Shown here in pieces: positions 15,001 through 30,000 of a stretch of DNA of 64,000 nucleotides. The DNA is from Antedon mediterranea. Lineage: Eukaryota > Animalia > Echinodermata. The translations under genes and the position numbers were made by a program. Each line of letters starts with the position of its first letter. The first letter of the stretch is position 1. The DNA lies in NCBI RefSeq assembly GCF_964355755.1, contig NC_092670.1, forward strand, positions 28,260,388-28,324,387. Reading direction: 5' to 3'. The notes beneath the pieces were generated by a model, which was given only the letters and a program-made list of their open reading frames with translations, searched no databases and was not told the origin of the DNA.

Positions 15001-18000
15001 GAATATCACAAAATGGTCTAAAATGTCTCCAAATGCGATTTGAAGCTTTTCTAAGCACTTTGGTGTTTTTATGTTAACAAGTTTTTTCGAAAATCACAAA
15101 ATGGTCTAAAACGTCTCCAAATGTGATTTGAAGCTATTCTAAACACTTTGGTGTTTTTATGTTAACAAGTTTTTTCGAAAATCACAAATTGGTCTAAAAC
15201 GTCTCCAAATGCGATTTGAAGCTATTCTAAGCACTTTGGTGTTTTTATGTTAACAAGTTTTTTCGAAAATCACAAAATGGTGTAAAACGTCTCCAAATGC
15301 GATTTGAAGCTATTCTAAGCAATTTGGTGTTTTTATGTTAACAAGTTTTTTCGAAAATCACAAAATGGTGTAAAACGTCTCCAAATGCGATTTTAAGCTA
15401 TTCTAAGCAATTTGGTGTTTTTTTATGTTAACAAGTTTTTTCGAAAATCACAAAATGGTCTAAAACGTCTCCAAATGCGATTTGAAGCTATTCTGTACAC
15501 TTTGCTGTTTTGTGAGAATAATTTTTGTCGAAATGCTCAAAATGGTCAAAAACGTTTTTAAATACGATATTAAGCTATTTTGTGCTCTTTGATGTTTTTG
15601 TGTGAAAAGTTTTATCGAAATGCTCAAAATGGTCTAAAACGGTTTCTAATGTGATTTTAAGCACTTTGGTGTTTTTATGTTAACAAGTTTTTTCGAAAAT
15701 CACAAAATGGTCTAAAACGTCTCCAAATGTGATTTGAAGCTATTCAAAACACTTTGGTGTTTTTATGTTAACAAGTTTTTTCGAAAATCACAAATTGGTC
15801 TAAAACGTCTCCAAATGCGATTTGAAGCTATTTTAAGCACTTTGGTGTTTTTGTGTAACCAAGTTTTTTCGAAAATCACAAAAGGGTCTAAAATGTCTCA
15901 AAATGCGATTTGAAGCTATTCTGTACACTTTGATGTTTTTTTGTTAACAAGTTTTTTCGAAAGTCACAAAATGGTCTAAAACGTCTCCAAATGCGATTTG
16001 AAGCTATTCTAAGCACTTTGCTGTTTTGTGTGAATAATTTTTGTCGAAATGCTCAAAATGGTCAAAAACGTTTTTAAATACGATATTAAGCTATTTTGTG
16101 CTCTTTGATGTTTTTGTGTGAAAAGTTTTATCGAAATGCTCAAAATGGTCTAAAACGGTTTCTAATGTGATTTTAAGCACTTTGATGTTTTTATGTTAAC
16201 AACTTTTTTAGAAAATCACAAAATGGTCTAAAACGTCTCCAAATGCGATTTGAAGCAATTCTAAGCACTTTGGTGTTTTTATGGTAACGAGTTTTTTTGA
16301 ATATCACAAAATGGTCTAAAATGTCTCCAAATGCGATTTGAAGCTTTTCTAAGCACTTTGGTGTTTTTATGGTAACGAGTTTTTTTGAATATCACAAAAT
16401 GGTCTAAAATGTCTCCAAATGCGATTTGAAGCTTTTCTAAGCACTTTGGTGTTTTTATGGTAACGAGTTATTTCGAAAATCACAAAATGGTCTAAAACGT
16501 CTCCAAATGCGATTTGAAGCTATTCTGTACACTTTGCTGTTTTGTGTGAATAATTTTTGTCAAAATGCTCAAAATGGTCAAAAACGTTTTTAAATACTAT
16601 ATTAAGCTATTTTGTGCTCTTTGATGTTTTTGTGTGAAAAGTTTTATCGAAATGCTCAAAATGGTCTAAAACGGTTTCTAATGTGATTTTAAGCACTTTG
16701 ATGTTTTTATGTTAACAACTTTTTTAGAAAATTACAAAATGGTGTAAAACGTCTCCAAATGCGATTTGAAGCTATTCTAAGCAATTTGGTGTTTTTATGT
16801 TAACAAGTTTTTTCGAAAATCACAAAATGGTCTAAAACGTCTCCAAATGCGATTTGAAGCTATTCTAAGCACTTTTGTGTTTTTATGTTAACAAGTTTTT
16901 TCGAAAATCACAAAATGGTCTAAAATGTCTCCAAATGCGATTTGAAGCTTTTCTAAGCACTTTTGTGTTTTTATGTTTACAAGTTTTTTCGAAAATCACA
17001 AAATGGTCTAAAACGTCTCCAAATGCGATTTGAAGCTATTCTGTACACTTTGCTGTTTTGTGTGAATAATTTTTGTCAAAATGCTCAAAATGGTCAAAAA
17101 CGTTTTTAAATACTATATTAAGCTATTTTGTGTTCTTTGATGTTTTTATGTGAAAAGTTTTATCGAAATGCTCAAAATGGTCTAAAACGGTTTCTAATGT
17201 GATTTTAAGAACTTTGATGTTTTTATGTTAAAAACTTTTTTAGAAAATCACAAAATGGTCTAAAACGTCTCCAAATGCGATTTGAAGCAATTCTAAGCAC
17301 TTTGGTGTTTTTATGTTAACACGTTTTTTCGAAAATCACAAAATGGTCTACAACGTCTCCAAATGCGATTTGAAGATATTCTAAGCACTTTGGTGTTTTT
17401 ATGTTAACAAGTTTTTTCGAAAATCACAAAGTGGTATAAAACGTCTCCAAATGCGATTTTAAGGTATTCTAAGCACTTTGGTGTTTTTATGTTAACAAGT
17501 TTTTTCGAAAATCACAAAATGGTCTAAAACGTCTCCAAATGTGATTTGAAGCTATTCTAAACACTTTGGTGTTTTTATGTTAACAAGTTTTTTCGAAAAT
17601 CACAAATTGGTCTAAAACGTCTCCAAATTCGATTTGAAGCTATTTTAAGCACTTTGGTGTTTTTGTGTAACCAAGTTTTTTCGAAAATCACAAAAGGGTC
17701 TAAAATGTCTCAAAATGCGATTTGAAGATATTCTGTACACTTTGATGTTTTTATGTTAACAACTTTTTTAGAAAATCACAAAATGGTCTAAAACGTCTCC
17801 AAATGCGATTTGAAGCAATTCTAAGCACTTTGGTGTTTTTATGGTAACGAGTTTTTTTGAATATCACAAAATGGTCTAAAATGTCTCCAAATGCGATTTG
17901 AAGCTTTTTTAAGCACTTTGGTGTTTTTATGTTAACAAGTTTTTTCGAAAATCACAAAATGGTCTAAAACGTCTCCAAATGCGATTTGAAGCTATTCTGT

Positions 18001-21000
18001 ACACTTTGCTGTTTTGTGTGAATAATTTTTGTCGAAATGCTCAAAATGGTCAAAAACGTTTTTAAATACGATATTAAGCTATTTTGTGCTCTTTGATGTT
18101 TTTGTGTGAAAAGTTTTATCGAAATGCTCAAAATGGTCTAAAACGGTTTCTAATGTGATTTTAAGCACTTTGATGTTTTTATGTTAACAACTTTTTTAGA
18201 AAATCACAAAATGGTCTAAAACGTCTCCAAATGCGATTTGAAGCAATTCTAAGCACTTTGGTGTTTTTATGGTAACGAGTTTTTTTGAATATCACAAAAT
18301 GGTCTAAAACTTCTCCAAATGCGATTTGAAGCTTTTCTAAGCACTTTGGTGTTTTTATGTTTACAAGTTTTTTCGAAAATCACAAAATGGTCTAAAACGG
18401 CTCCAAATACGATTTGAAGCTATTCTAAGCACTTTGGTGTTTTTATGTTAACAAGTTTTTTCGAAAATCACAAAATGGTCTAAAACGTCTCCAAATGCGA
18501 TTTGAAGCTATTCTAAGCACTTTGGTGTTTTTATGTTAACAAGTTTTTTCGAAAATCACAAAATGGTGTAAAACGTCTCCAAATGCGATTTGAAGCTATT
18601 CTAAGCAATTTTGTGTTTTTATGTTAACAAGTTTTTTCGAAAATCACAAAATGGTCTAAAACGTCTCCAAATGCGATTTGAAGCTATTCTAAGCACTTTT
18701 GTGTTTTTATGTTAACAAGTTTTTTCGAAAATCACAAAATGGTCTAAAATGTCTCAAAATGCGATTTGAAGCTATTCTGTACACTTTGCTGTTTTGTGTG
18801 AATAATTTTTGTCAAAATGCTCAAAATGGTCAAAAACGTTTTTAAATACTATATTAAGCTATTTTGTGTTCTTTGATGTTTTTGTGTGAAAAGTTTTTTC
18901 GAAATGCTCAAAATGGTCTAAAACGGTTTCTAATGTGATTTTAAGCACTTTGATGTTTTTATGTTAACAACTTTTTTAGAAAATTACAAAATGGTCTAAA
19001 ACGTCTCCAAATGCGATTTGAAGCAATTCTAAGCACTTTGGTGTTTTTATGTTAACAAGTTTTTTCGAAAATCACAAAATGGTCTAAAACGTCTCCAAAT
19101 GCGATTTGAAGCTATTCTGTACACTTTGCTGTTTTGTGTGAATAATTTTTGTTGAAATGCTCAAAATGGTCAAAAACGTTTTTAAATACGATATTAAGCT
19201 ATTTTGTGCTCTTTGATGTTTTTGTGTGAAAAGTTTTATCGAAATGCTCAAAATGGTCTAAAACGGTTTCTAATGTGATTTTAAGCACTTTGGTGTTTTT
19301 ATGTTAACAAGTTTTTTCAAAAATCACAAAATGGTCTAAAATGTCTACAAATGCGATTTGAAGCTATTCTAAGCACTTTGGTGTTTTTATGTTAACAAGT
19401 TTTTTCGAAAATTACAAAATGGTATAAAACGTCTCCAAATGCGATTTGAAGATTTTCTAAGCACTTTGGTGTTTTTATGTTTACAAGTTTTTTCGAAAAT
19501 CACAAAATGGTCTAAAACGTCTCCAAATGCGATTTGAAGCTATTCTGTACACTTTGCTGTTTTGTGTGAATAATTTTGTCAAAATGCTCAAAATGGTCAA
19601 AAACGTTTTTAAATACTATATTAAGCTATTTTGTGTTCTTTGATGTTTTTGTGTGAAAAGTTTTATCGAAATGCTCAAAATGGTCTAAAACGGTTTCTAA
19701 TGAAATGATTTTAAGAACTTTGATGTTTTTATGTTAACAACTTTTTTAGAAAATCACAAAATGGTCTAAAACGTCTCCAAATGCGATTTGAAGCAATTCT
19801 AAGCACTTTGGTGTTTTTATGTTAACAAGTTTTTTCGAAAATCACAAAATGGTATAAAACCTCTCCAAATGCGATTTTAAGGTATTCTAAGCACTTTGGT
19901 GTTTTTATGTTAACAAGTTTTTTCGAAAATCACAAAATGGTCTAAAACGTCTACAAATGCGATTTGAAGCTATTCTAAGCACTTTGGTGTTTTTATGTTA
20001 ACAAGTTTTTTCGAAAATCACAAAATGGTATAAAACGTCTCCAAATGAGATTTTAAGGTATTCTAAGCACTTTGGTGTTTTTATGTTAACAAGTTTTTTC
20101 GAAAATCACAAAATGGTCTAAAACGTCTACAAATGCGATTTGAAGCTATTCTAAGCACTTTGGTGTTTTTATGTTAACAAGTTTTTTCGAAAATCACAAA
20201 ATGGTATAAAACGTCTCCAAATGCGATTTTAAGCTATTCTAAGCAATTTGGTGTTTTTATGTTAACAAGTTTTTTCGAAAATCACAAAATGGTCGAAAAT
20301 GTCACAAAATGCGATTTGAAGCTATTCTAAGCACTTTGGTGTTATTATGTTAACAAGTTTTTTCGAAAATCACAAATTGGTCTAAAACGTCTCCAAATGC
20401 GATTTGAAGCTATTTTAAGCACTTTGGTGTTTTTGTGTAACCAAGTTTTTTCGAAAATCACAAAAGAGTCTAAAATGTCTCAAAATGCGATTTGAAGCTA
20501 TTCTTTACACTTTGATGTTTTTATGTTAACAACTTTTTTAGAAAATCACAAAATGGTCTAAAACGTCTCCAAATGCGATTTGAAGCAATTCTAAGCACTT
20601 TGGTGTTTTTATGGTAACGAGTTTTTTTGAATATCACAAAATGGTCTAAAATGTCTCCAAATGCGATTTGAAGCTTTTCTAAGCACTTTGGTGTTTTTAT
20701 GTTAACAAGTTTTTTCGAAAATCACAAAATGGTCTAAAACGTCTCCAAATGCGATTTGAAGCTATTCTGTACACTTTGCTGTTTTGTGTGAATAATTTTT
20801 GTCGAAATGCTCAAAATGGTCAAAAACGTTTTTAAATACGATATTAAGCTATTTTGTGCTCTTTGATGTTTTTGTGTGAAAAGTTTTATCGAAATGCTCA
20901 AAATGGTCTAAAACGGTTTCTAATGTGATTTTAAGCACTTTGATGTTTTTATGTTAACAACTTTTTTAGAAAATCACAAAATGGTCTAAAACGTCTCCAA

Positions 21001-24000
21001 ATGCGATTTGAAGCAATTCTAAGCACTTTGGTGTTTTTATGGTAACGAGTTTTTTTGAATATCACAAAATGGTCTAAAACGTCTCCAAATGCGATTTGAA
21101 GCTTTTCTAAGCACTTTGGTGTTTTTATGTTTACAAGTTTTTTCGAAAATCACAAAATGGTCTAAAACGGCTCCAAATACGATTTGAAGCTATTCTAAGC
21201 ACTTTGGTGTTTTTATGTTAACAAGTTTTTTCGAAAATCACAAAATGGTCTAAAACGTCTCCAAATGCGATTTGAAGCTATTCTAAGCACTTTGGTGTTT
21301 TTATGTTAACAAGTTTTTTCGAAAATCACAAAATGGTGTAAAACGTCTCCAAATGCGATTTGAAGCTATTCTAAGCAATTTTGTGTTTTTATGTTAACAA
21401 GTTTTTTCGAAAATCACAAAATGGTCTAAAACGTCTCCAAATGCGATTTGAAGCTATTCTAAGCACTTTTGTGTTTTTATGTTAACAAGTTTTTTCGAAA
21501 ATCACAAAATGGTCTAAAATGTCTCAAAATGCGATTTGAAGCTATTCTGTACACTTTGCTGTTTTGTGTGAATAATTTTTGTCAAAATGCTCAAAATGGT
21601 CAAAAACGTTTTTAAATACTATATTAAGCTATTTTGTGTTCTTTGATGTTTTTGTGTGAAAAGTTTTTTCGAAATGCTCAAAATGGTCTAAAACGGTTTC
21701 TAATGTGATTTTAAGCACTTTGATGTTTTTATGTTAACAACTTTTTTAGAAAATTACAAAATGGTCTAAAACGTCTCCAAATGCGATTTGAAGCAATTCT
21801 AAGCACTTTGGTGTTTTTATGTTAACAAGTTTTTTCGAAAATCACAAAATGGTCTAAAACGTCTCCAAATGCGATTTGAAGCTATTCTGTACACTTTGCT
21901 GTTTTGTGTGAATAATTTTTGTTGAAATGCTCAAAATGGTCAAAAACGTTTTTAAATACGATATTAAGCTATTTTGTGCTCTTTGATGTTTTTGTGTGAA
22001 AAGTTTTATCGAAATGCTCAAAATGGTCTAAAACGGTTTCTAATGTGATTTTAAGCACTTTGGTGTTTTTATGTTAACAAGTTTTTTCGAAAATCACAAA
22101 ATGGTCTAAAATGTCTCCAAATGCGATTTGAAGCTTTTCTAAGCACTTTGGTGTTTTTATGTTAACAAGTTTTTTCGAAAATCACAAAATGGTCTAAAAC
22201 GTCTCCAAATGTGATTTGAAGCTATTCTAAACACTTTGGTGTTTTTATGTTAACAAGTTTTTTCGAAAATCACAAATTGGTCTAAAACGTCTCCAAATGC
22301 GATTTGAAGCTATTTTAAGCACTTTGGTGTTTTTGTGTAACCAAGTTTTTTCGAAAATCACAAAAGGGTCTAAAATGTCTCAAAATGCGATTTGAAGCTA
22401 TTCTGTACACTTTGATGTTTTTTTGTTAACAAGTTTTTTCGAAAGTCACAAAATGGTCTAAAAAGTCTCCAAATGCGATTTGAAGCTATTCTAAGCACTT
22501 TGGTGTTTTTATGTTAACAAGTTTTATCGAAAATCACAAAATGGTGTAAAACGTCTCCAAATGCGATTTGAAGCTATTCTAAGCACTTTGGTTTTTTATG
22601 TTAACAAGTTTTTTCGAAAATCACAAAATGGTGTAAAACGTCTCCAAATGCGATTTTAAGCTATTCTAAGCAATTTGGTGTTTTTATGTTAACAAGTTTT
22701 TTCGAAAATCACAAAATGGTCTAAAACGTCTCCAAATGCGATTTGAAGCTATTCTGTACACTTTGCTGTTTTGTGAGAATAATTTTTGTCGAAATGCTCA
22801 AAATGGTCAAAAACGTTTTTAAATACGATATTAAGCTATTTTGTGCTCTTTGATGTTTTTGTGTGAAAAGTTTTATCGAAATGCTCAAAATGGTCTAAAA
22901 CGGTTTCTAATGTGATTTTAAGCACTTTGATGTTTTTATGTTAACAACTTTTTTAGAAAATTACAAAATGGTGTAAAACGTCTCCAAATGCGATTTGAAG
23001 CTATTCTAAGCAATTTCGTGTTTTTATGTTAACAAGTTTTTTCGAAAATCACAAAATGGTCTAAAACGTCTCCAAATGCGATTTGAAGCTATTCTAAGCA
23101 CTTTTGTGTTTTTATGTTAACAAGTTTTTTCTAAAATCACAAAATGGTCTAAAATGTCTCCAAATGCGATTTTAAGGTATTCTAAGCACTTTGGTGTTTT
23201 TATGTTAACAAGTTTTTTCGAAAATCACAAAATGGTCTAAAACGTCTACAAATGCGATTTGAAGCTATTCTAAGCACTTTGGTGTTTTTATGTTAACAAG
23301 TTTTTTCGAAAATCACAAAATGGTATAAAACGTCTCCAAATGCGATTTGAAGATTTTCTAAGCACTTTGGTGTTTTTATGTTTACAAGTTTTTTCGAAAA
23401 TCACAAAATGGTCTAAAACGTCTCCAAATGCGATTTGAAGCTATTCCGTACACTTTGCTGTTTTGTGTGAATAATTTTGTCAAAATGCTCAAAATGGTCA
23501 AAAACGTTTTTAAATACTATATTAAGCTATTTTGTGTTCTTTGATGTTTTTGTGTGAAAAGTTTTATCGAAATGCTCAAAATGGTCTAAAACGGTTTCTA
23601 ATGAAATGATTTTAAGAACTTTGATGTTTTTATGTTAACAACTTTTTTAGAAAATCACAAAATGGTCTAAAACGTCTCCAAATGCGATTTGAAGCAATTC
23701 TAAGCACTTTGGTGTTTTTATGTTAACAAGTTTTTTCGAAAATCACAAAATGGTATAAAACCTCTCCAAATGCGATTTTAAGGTATTCTAAGCACTTTGG
23801 TGTTTTTATGTTAACAAGTTTTTTCGAAAACCACAAAATGGTATAAAACGTCTCCAAATGCGATTTGAAGCAATTCTAAGCACTTTGGTGTTTTTATGTT
23901 AACAAGTTTTTTCGAAAATCACAAAATGGTATAAAACGTCTCCAAATGAGATTTTAAGGTATTCTAAGCACTTTGGTGTTTTTATGTTAACAAGTTTTTT

Positions 24001-27000
24001 CGAAAATCACAAAATGGTCTAAAACGTCTACAAATGCGATTTGAAGCTATTCTAAGCACTTTGGTGTTTTTATGTTAACAAGTTTTTTCGAAAATCACAA
24101 AATGGTATAAAACGTCTCCAAATGCGATTTTAAGCTATTCTAAGCAATTTGGTGTTTTTATGTTAACAAGTTTTTTCGAAAATCACAAAATGGTCGAAAA
24201 TGTCACAAAATGCGATTTGAAGCTATTCTAAGCACTTTGGTGTTATTATGTTAACAAGTTTTTTCGAAAATCACAAATTGGTCTAAAACGTCTCCAAATG
24301 CGATTTGAAGCTATTCTAAGCACTTTGGTGTTTTTATGGTAACGAGTTTTTTTGAATATCACAAAATGGTCTAAAACGTCTCCAAATGCGATTTGAAGCT
24401 TTTCTAAGCACTTTGGTGTTTTTATGTTAACAAGTTTTTTCGAAAATCACAAAATGGTCTAAAACGTCTCCAAATGTGATTTGAAGCTATTCTAAACACT
24501 TTGGTGTTTTTATGTTAACAAGTTTTTTCGAAAATCACAAATTGGTCTAAAACGTCTCCAAATGCGATTTGAAGCTAGTTTAAGCACTTTGGTGTTTTTG
24601 TGTAACCAAGTTTTTTCGAAAATCACAAAAGGGTCTAAAATGTCTCAAAATGCGATTTGAAGCTATTCTGTACACTTTGATGTTTTTTTTGTTAACAAGT
24701 TTTTTCGAAAGTCACAAAATGGTCTAAAACGTCTCCAAATGCGATTTGAAGCTATTCTAAGCACTTTGGTGTTTTTATGTTAACAAGTTTTTTCGAAAAT
24801 CACAAAATGGTGTAAAACGTCTCCAAATGCGATTTGAAGCTATTCTAAGCAATTTGGTGTTTTTATGTTAACAAGTTTTTTCGAAAATCACAAAATGGTG
24901 TAAAACGTCTCCAAATGCGATTTTAAGCTATTCTAAGCAATTTGGTGTTCTTTTATGTTAACAAGTTTTTTCGAAAATCACAAAATGGTCTAAAACGTCT
25001 CCAAATGCGATTTGAAGCTATTCTAAGCACTTTTGTGTTTTTATGTTAACAAGTTTTTTCGAAAATCACAAAATGGTCTAAAATGTCTCAAAATGCGATT
25101 TGAAGCTATTCTGTACACTTTGCTGTTTTGTGTGAATAATTTTTGTCAAAATGCTCAAAATGGTCAAAAACGTTTTTAAATACTATATTAAGCTATTTTG
25201 TGTTCTTTGATGTTTTTGTGTGAAAAGTTTTTTCGAAATGCTCAAAATGGTCTAAAACGGTTTCTAATGTGATTTTAAGCACTTTGATGTTTTTATGTTA
25301 ACAACTTTTTTAGAAAATTACAAAATGGTCTAAAACGTCTCCAAATGCAATTTGAAGCAATTCTAAGCACTTTGGTGTTTTTATGTTAACAAGTTTTTTC
25401 GAAAATCACAAAATGGTCTAAAACGTCTCCAAATGCTATTTGAAGCTATTCTGTACACTTTGCTGTTTTGTGTGAATAATTTTTGTTGAAATGCTCAAAA
25501 TGGTCAAAAACGTTTTTAAATACGATATTAAGCTATTTTGTGCTCTTTGATGTTTTTGTGTGAAAAGTTTTATCGAAATGCTCAAAATGGTCTAAAACGG
25601 TTTCTAATGTGATTTTAAGCACTTTGGTGTTTTTATGTTAACAAGTTTTTTCGAAAATCACAAAATGGTCTAAAATATCTCCAAATGCGATTTGAAGCTT
25701 TTCTAAGCACTTTGGTGTTTTTATGTTAACAAGTTTTTTCGAAAATCACAAAATGGTCTAAAACGTCTCCAAATGTGATTTGAAGCTATTCTAAACACTT
25801 TGGTGTTTTTATGTTAACAAGTTTTTTCGAAAATCACAAATTGGTCTAAAACGTCTCCAAATGCGATTTTAAGCAATTCTAAGCACTTTGGTGTTTTTAT
25901 GTTAAAAAGTTTTTTTCGAAAATCACAAAATGGTCTAAAACCTCTCCAAATGCGATTTGAAGCTATTCTGTACACTTTGCTGTTTTGTGTGAATAATTTT
26001 TGTCGAAATGCTCAAAATGGTCAAAAACGTTTTTAAATACGATATTAAGCTATTTTGTGCTCTTTGATGTTTTTGTGTGAAAAGTTTTATCGAAATGCTC
26101 AAAATGGTCTAAAACGGTTTCTAATGTGATTTTAAGCACTTTGGTGTTTTTATGTTAACAAGTTTTTTCGAAAATCACAAAATGGTCTAAAACGTCTCCA
26201 AATGTGATTTGAAGCTATTTTAAACACTTTGGTGTTTTTATGTTAATAAGTTTTTTCGAAAATCACAAATTGGTCTAAAACGTCTCCAAATGCGATTTGA
26301 AGCTTTTCTAAGCACTTTGGTGTTTTTATGGTAACGAGTTATTTCGAAAATTACAAAATGGTCTAAAACGTCTCCAAATGCGATTTGAAGCTATTCTGTA
26401 CACTTTGCTGTTTTGTGTGAATAATTTTTGTCAAAATGCTCAAAATGGTCAAAAACGTTTTTAAATACTATATTAAGCTATTTTGTGTTCTTTGATGTTT
26501 TTATGTGAAAAGTTTTATCGAAATGCTCAAAATGGTCTAAAACGGTTTCTAATGTGATTTTAAGAACTTTGATGTTTTTATGTTAAAAACTTTTTTAGAA
26601 AATCACAAAATGGTCTAAAACGTCTCCAAATGCGATTTGAAGCAATTCTAAGCACTTTGGTGTTTTTATGTTAACACGTTTTTTCGAAAATCACAAAATG
26701 GTCTACAACGTCTCCAAATGCGATTTGAAGATATTCTAAGCACTTTGGTGTTTTTATGTTAACAAGTTTTTTCGAAAATCACAAAGTGGTATAAAACGTC
26801 TCCAAATGCGATTTTAAGGTATTCTAAGCACTTTGGTGTTTTTATGTTAACAAGTTTTTTAGAAAATCACAAAATGGTCTAAAACGTCTCCAAATGCGAT
26901 TTGAAGCAATTCTAAGCACTTTGGTGTTTTTATGGTAACGAGTTTTTTTGAATATCACAAAATGGTCTAAAATGTCTCCAAATGCGATTTGAAGCTTTTC

Positions 27001-30000
27001 TAAGCACTTTGGTGTTTTTATGTTAACAAGTTTTTTCGAAAATCACAAAATGGTCTAAAACGTCTCCAAATGCGATTTGAAGCTATTCTGTACACTTTGC
27101 TGTTTTGTGTGAATAATTTTTGTCGAAATGCTCAAAATGGTCAAAAACGTTTTTAAATACGATATTAAGCTATTTTGTGCTCTTTGATGTTTTTGTGTGA
27201 AAAGTTTTATCGAAATGCTCAAAATGGTCTAAAACGGTTTCTAATGTGATTTTAAGCACTTTGATGTTTTTATGTTAACAACTTTTTTAGAAAATCACAA
27301 AATGGTCTAAAACGTCTCCAAATGCGATTTGAAGCTTTTCTAAGCACTTTTGTGTTTTTATGTTTACAAGTTTTTTCGAAAATCACAAAATGGTCTAAAA
27401 CGGCTCCAAATACGATTTGAAGCTATTCTAAGCACTTTGGTGTTTTTATGTTAACAAGTTTTTTCGAAAATCACAAAATGGTCTAAAACGTCTCCAAATG
27501 CGATTTGAAGCTATTCTAAGCACTTTGGTGTTTTTATGTTAACAAGTTTTTTCGAAAATCACAAAATGGTGTAAAACGTCTCCAAATGCGATTTGAAGCT
27601 ATTCTAAGCAATTTTGTGTTTTTATGTTAACAAGTTTTTTCGAAAATCACAAAATGGTCTAAAACGTCTCCAAATGCGATTTGAAGCTATTCTAAGCACT
27701 TTTGTGTTTTTATGTTAACAAGTTTTTTCGAAAATCACAAAATTGTCTAAAATGTCTCAAAATGCGATTTGAAGCTATTCTTTACACTTTGCTGTTTTGT
27801 GTGAATAATTTTTGTCAAAATGCTCAAAATGGTCAAAAACGTTTTTAAATACTATATTAAGCTATTTTGTGTTCTTTGATGTTTTTGTGTGAAAAGTTTT
27901 TTCGAAATGCTCAAAATGGTCTAAAACGGTTTCTAATGTGATTTTAAGCACTTTGATGTTTTTATGTTAACAACTTTTTTAGAAAATTACAAAATGGTCT
28001 AAAACGTCTCCAAATGCGATTTGAAGCAATTCTAAGCACTTTGGTGTTTTTATGTTAACAAGTTTTTTCGAAAATCACAAAATGGTCTAAAACGTCTCCA
28101 AATGCGATTTGAAGCTATTCTGTACACTTTGCTGTTTTGTGTGAATAATTTTTGTTGAAATGCTCAAAATGGTCAAAAACGTTTTTAAATACGATATTAA
28201 GCTATTTTGTGCTCTTTGATGTTTTTGTGTGAAAAGTTTTATCGAAATGCTCAAAATGGTCTAAAACGGTTTCTAATGTGATTTTAAGCACTTTGGTGTT
28301 TTTATGTTAACAAGTTTTTTCGAAAATCACAAAATGGTCTAAAATGTCTCCAAATGCGATTTGAAGCTTTTCTAAGCACTTTGGTGTTTTTATGTTAACA
28401 AGTTTTTTCGAAAATCACAAAATGGTCTAAAACGTCTCCAAATGTGATTTGAAGCTATTCTAAACACTTTGGTGTTTTTATGTTAACAAGTTTTTTCGAA
28501 AATCACAAATTGGTCTAAAACGTCTCCAAATGCGATTTGAAGCTATTTTAAGCACTTTGGTGTTTTTGTGTAACCAAGTTTTTTCGAAAATCACAAAAGG
28601 GTCTAAAATGTCTCAAAATGCGATTTGAAGCTATTCTGTACACTTTGATGTTTTTTTGTTAACAAGTTTTTTCGAAAGTCACAAAATGGTCTAAAAAGTC
28701 TCCAAATGCGATTTGAAGCTATTCTAAGCACTTTGGTGTTTTTATGTTAACAAGTTTTATCGAAAATCACAAAATGGTGTAAAACGTCTCCAAATGCGAT
28801 TTGAAGCTATTCTAAGCACTTTGGTGTTTTTATGTTAACAAGTTTTTTCGAAAATCACAAAATGGTGTAAAACGTCTCCAAATGCGATTTTAAGCTATTC
28901 TAAGCAATTTGGTGTTTTTATGTTAACAAGTTTTTTCGAAAATCACAAAATGGTCTAAAACGTCTCCAAATGCGATTTGAAGCTATTCTGTACACTTTGC
29001 TGTTTTGTGAGAATAATTTTTGTCGAAATGCTCAAAATGGTCAAAAACGTTTTTAAATACGATATTAAGCTATTTTGTGCTCTTTGATGTTTTTGTGTGA
29101 AAAGTTTTATCGAAATGCTCAAAATGGTCTAAAACGGTTTCTAATGTGATTTTAAGCACTTTGATGTTTTTATGTTAACAACTTTTTTAGAAAATTACAA
29201 AATGGTGTAAAACGTCTCCAAATGCGATTTGAAGCTATTCTAAGCAATTTCGTGTTTTTATGTTAACAAGTTTTTTCGAAAATCACAAAATGGTCTAAAA
29301 CGTCTCCAAATGCGATTTGAAGCTATTCTAAGCACTTTTGTGTTTTTATGTTAACAAGTTTTTTCGAAAATCACAAAATGGTCTAAAATGTCTCCAAATG
29401 CGATTTTAAGGTATTCTAAGCACTTTGGTGTTTTTATGTTAACAAGTTTTTTCGAAAATCACAAAATGGTCTAAAACGTCTACAAATGCGATTTGAAGCT
29501 CTTCTAAGCACTTTGGTGTTTTTATGTTAACAAGTTTTTTCGAAAATCACAAAATGGTATAAAACGTCTCCAAATGCGATTTGAAGATTTTCTAAGCACT
29601 TTGGTGTTTTTATGTTTACAAGTTTTTTCGAAAATCACAAAATGGTCTAAAACGTCTCCAAATGCGATTTGAAGCTATTCTGTACACTTTGCTGTTTTGT
29701 GTGAATAATTTTGTCAAAATGCTCAAAATGGTCAAAAACGTTTTTAAAAACTATATTAAGCTATTTTGTGTTCTTTGATGTTTTTGTGTGAAAAGTTTTA
29801 TCGAAATGCTCAAAATGGTCTAAAACGGTTTCTAATGAAATGATTTTAAGAACTTTGATGTTTTTATGTTAACAACTTTTTTAGAAAATCACAAAATGGT
29901 CTAAAACGTCTCCAAATGCGATTTGAAGCAATTCTAAGCACTTTGGTGTTTTTATGTTAACAAGTTTTTTCGAAAATCACAAAATGGTATAAAACGTCTC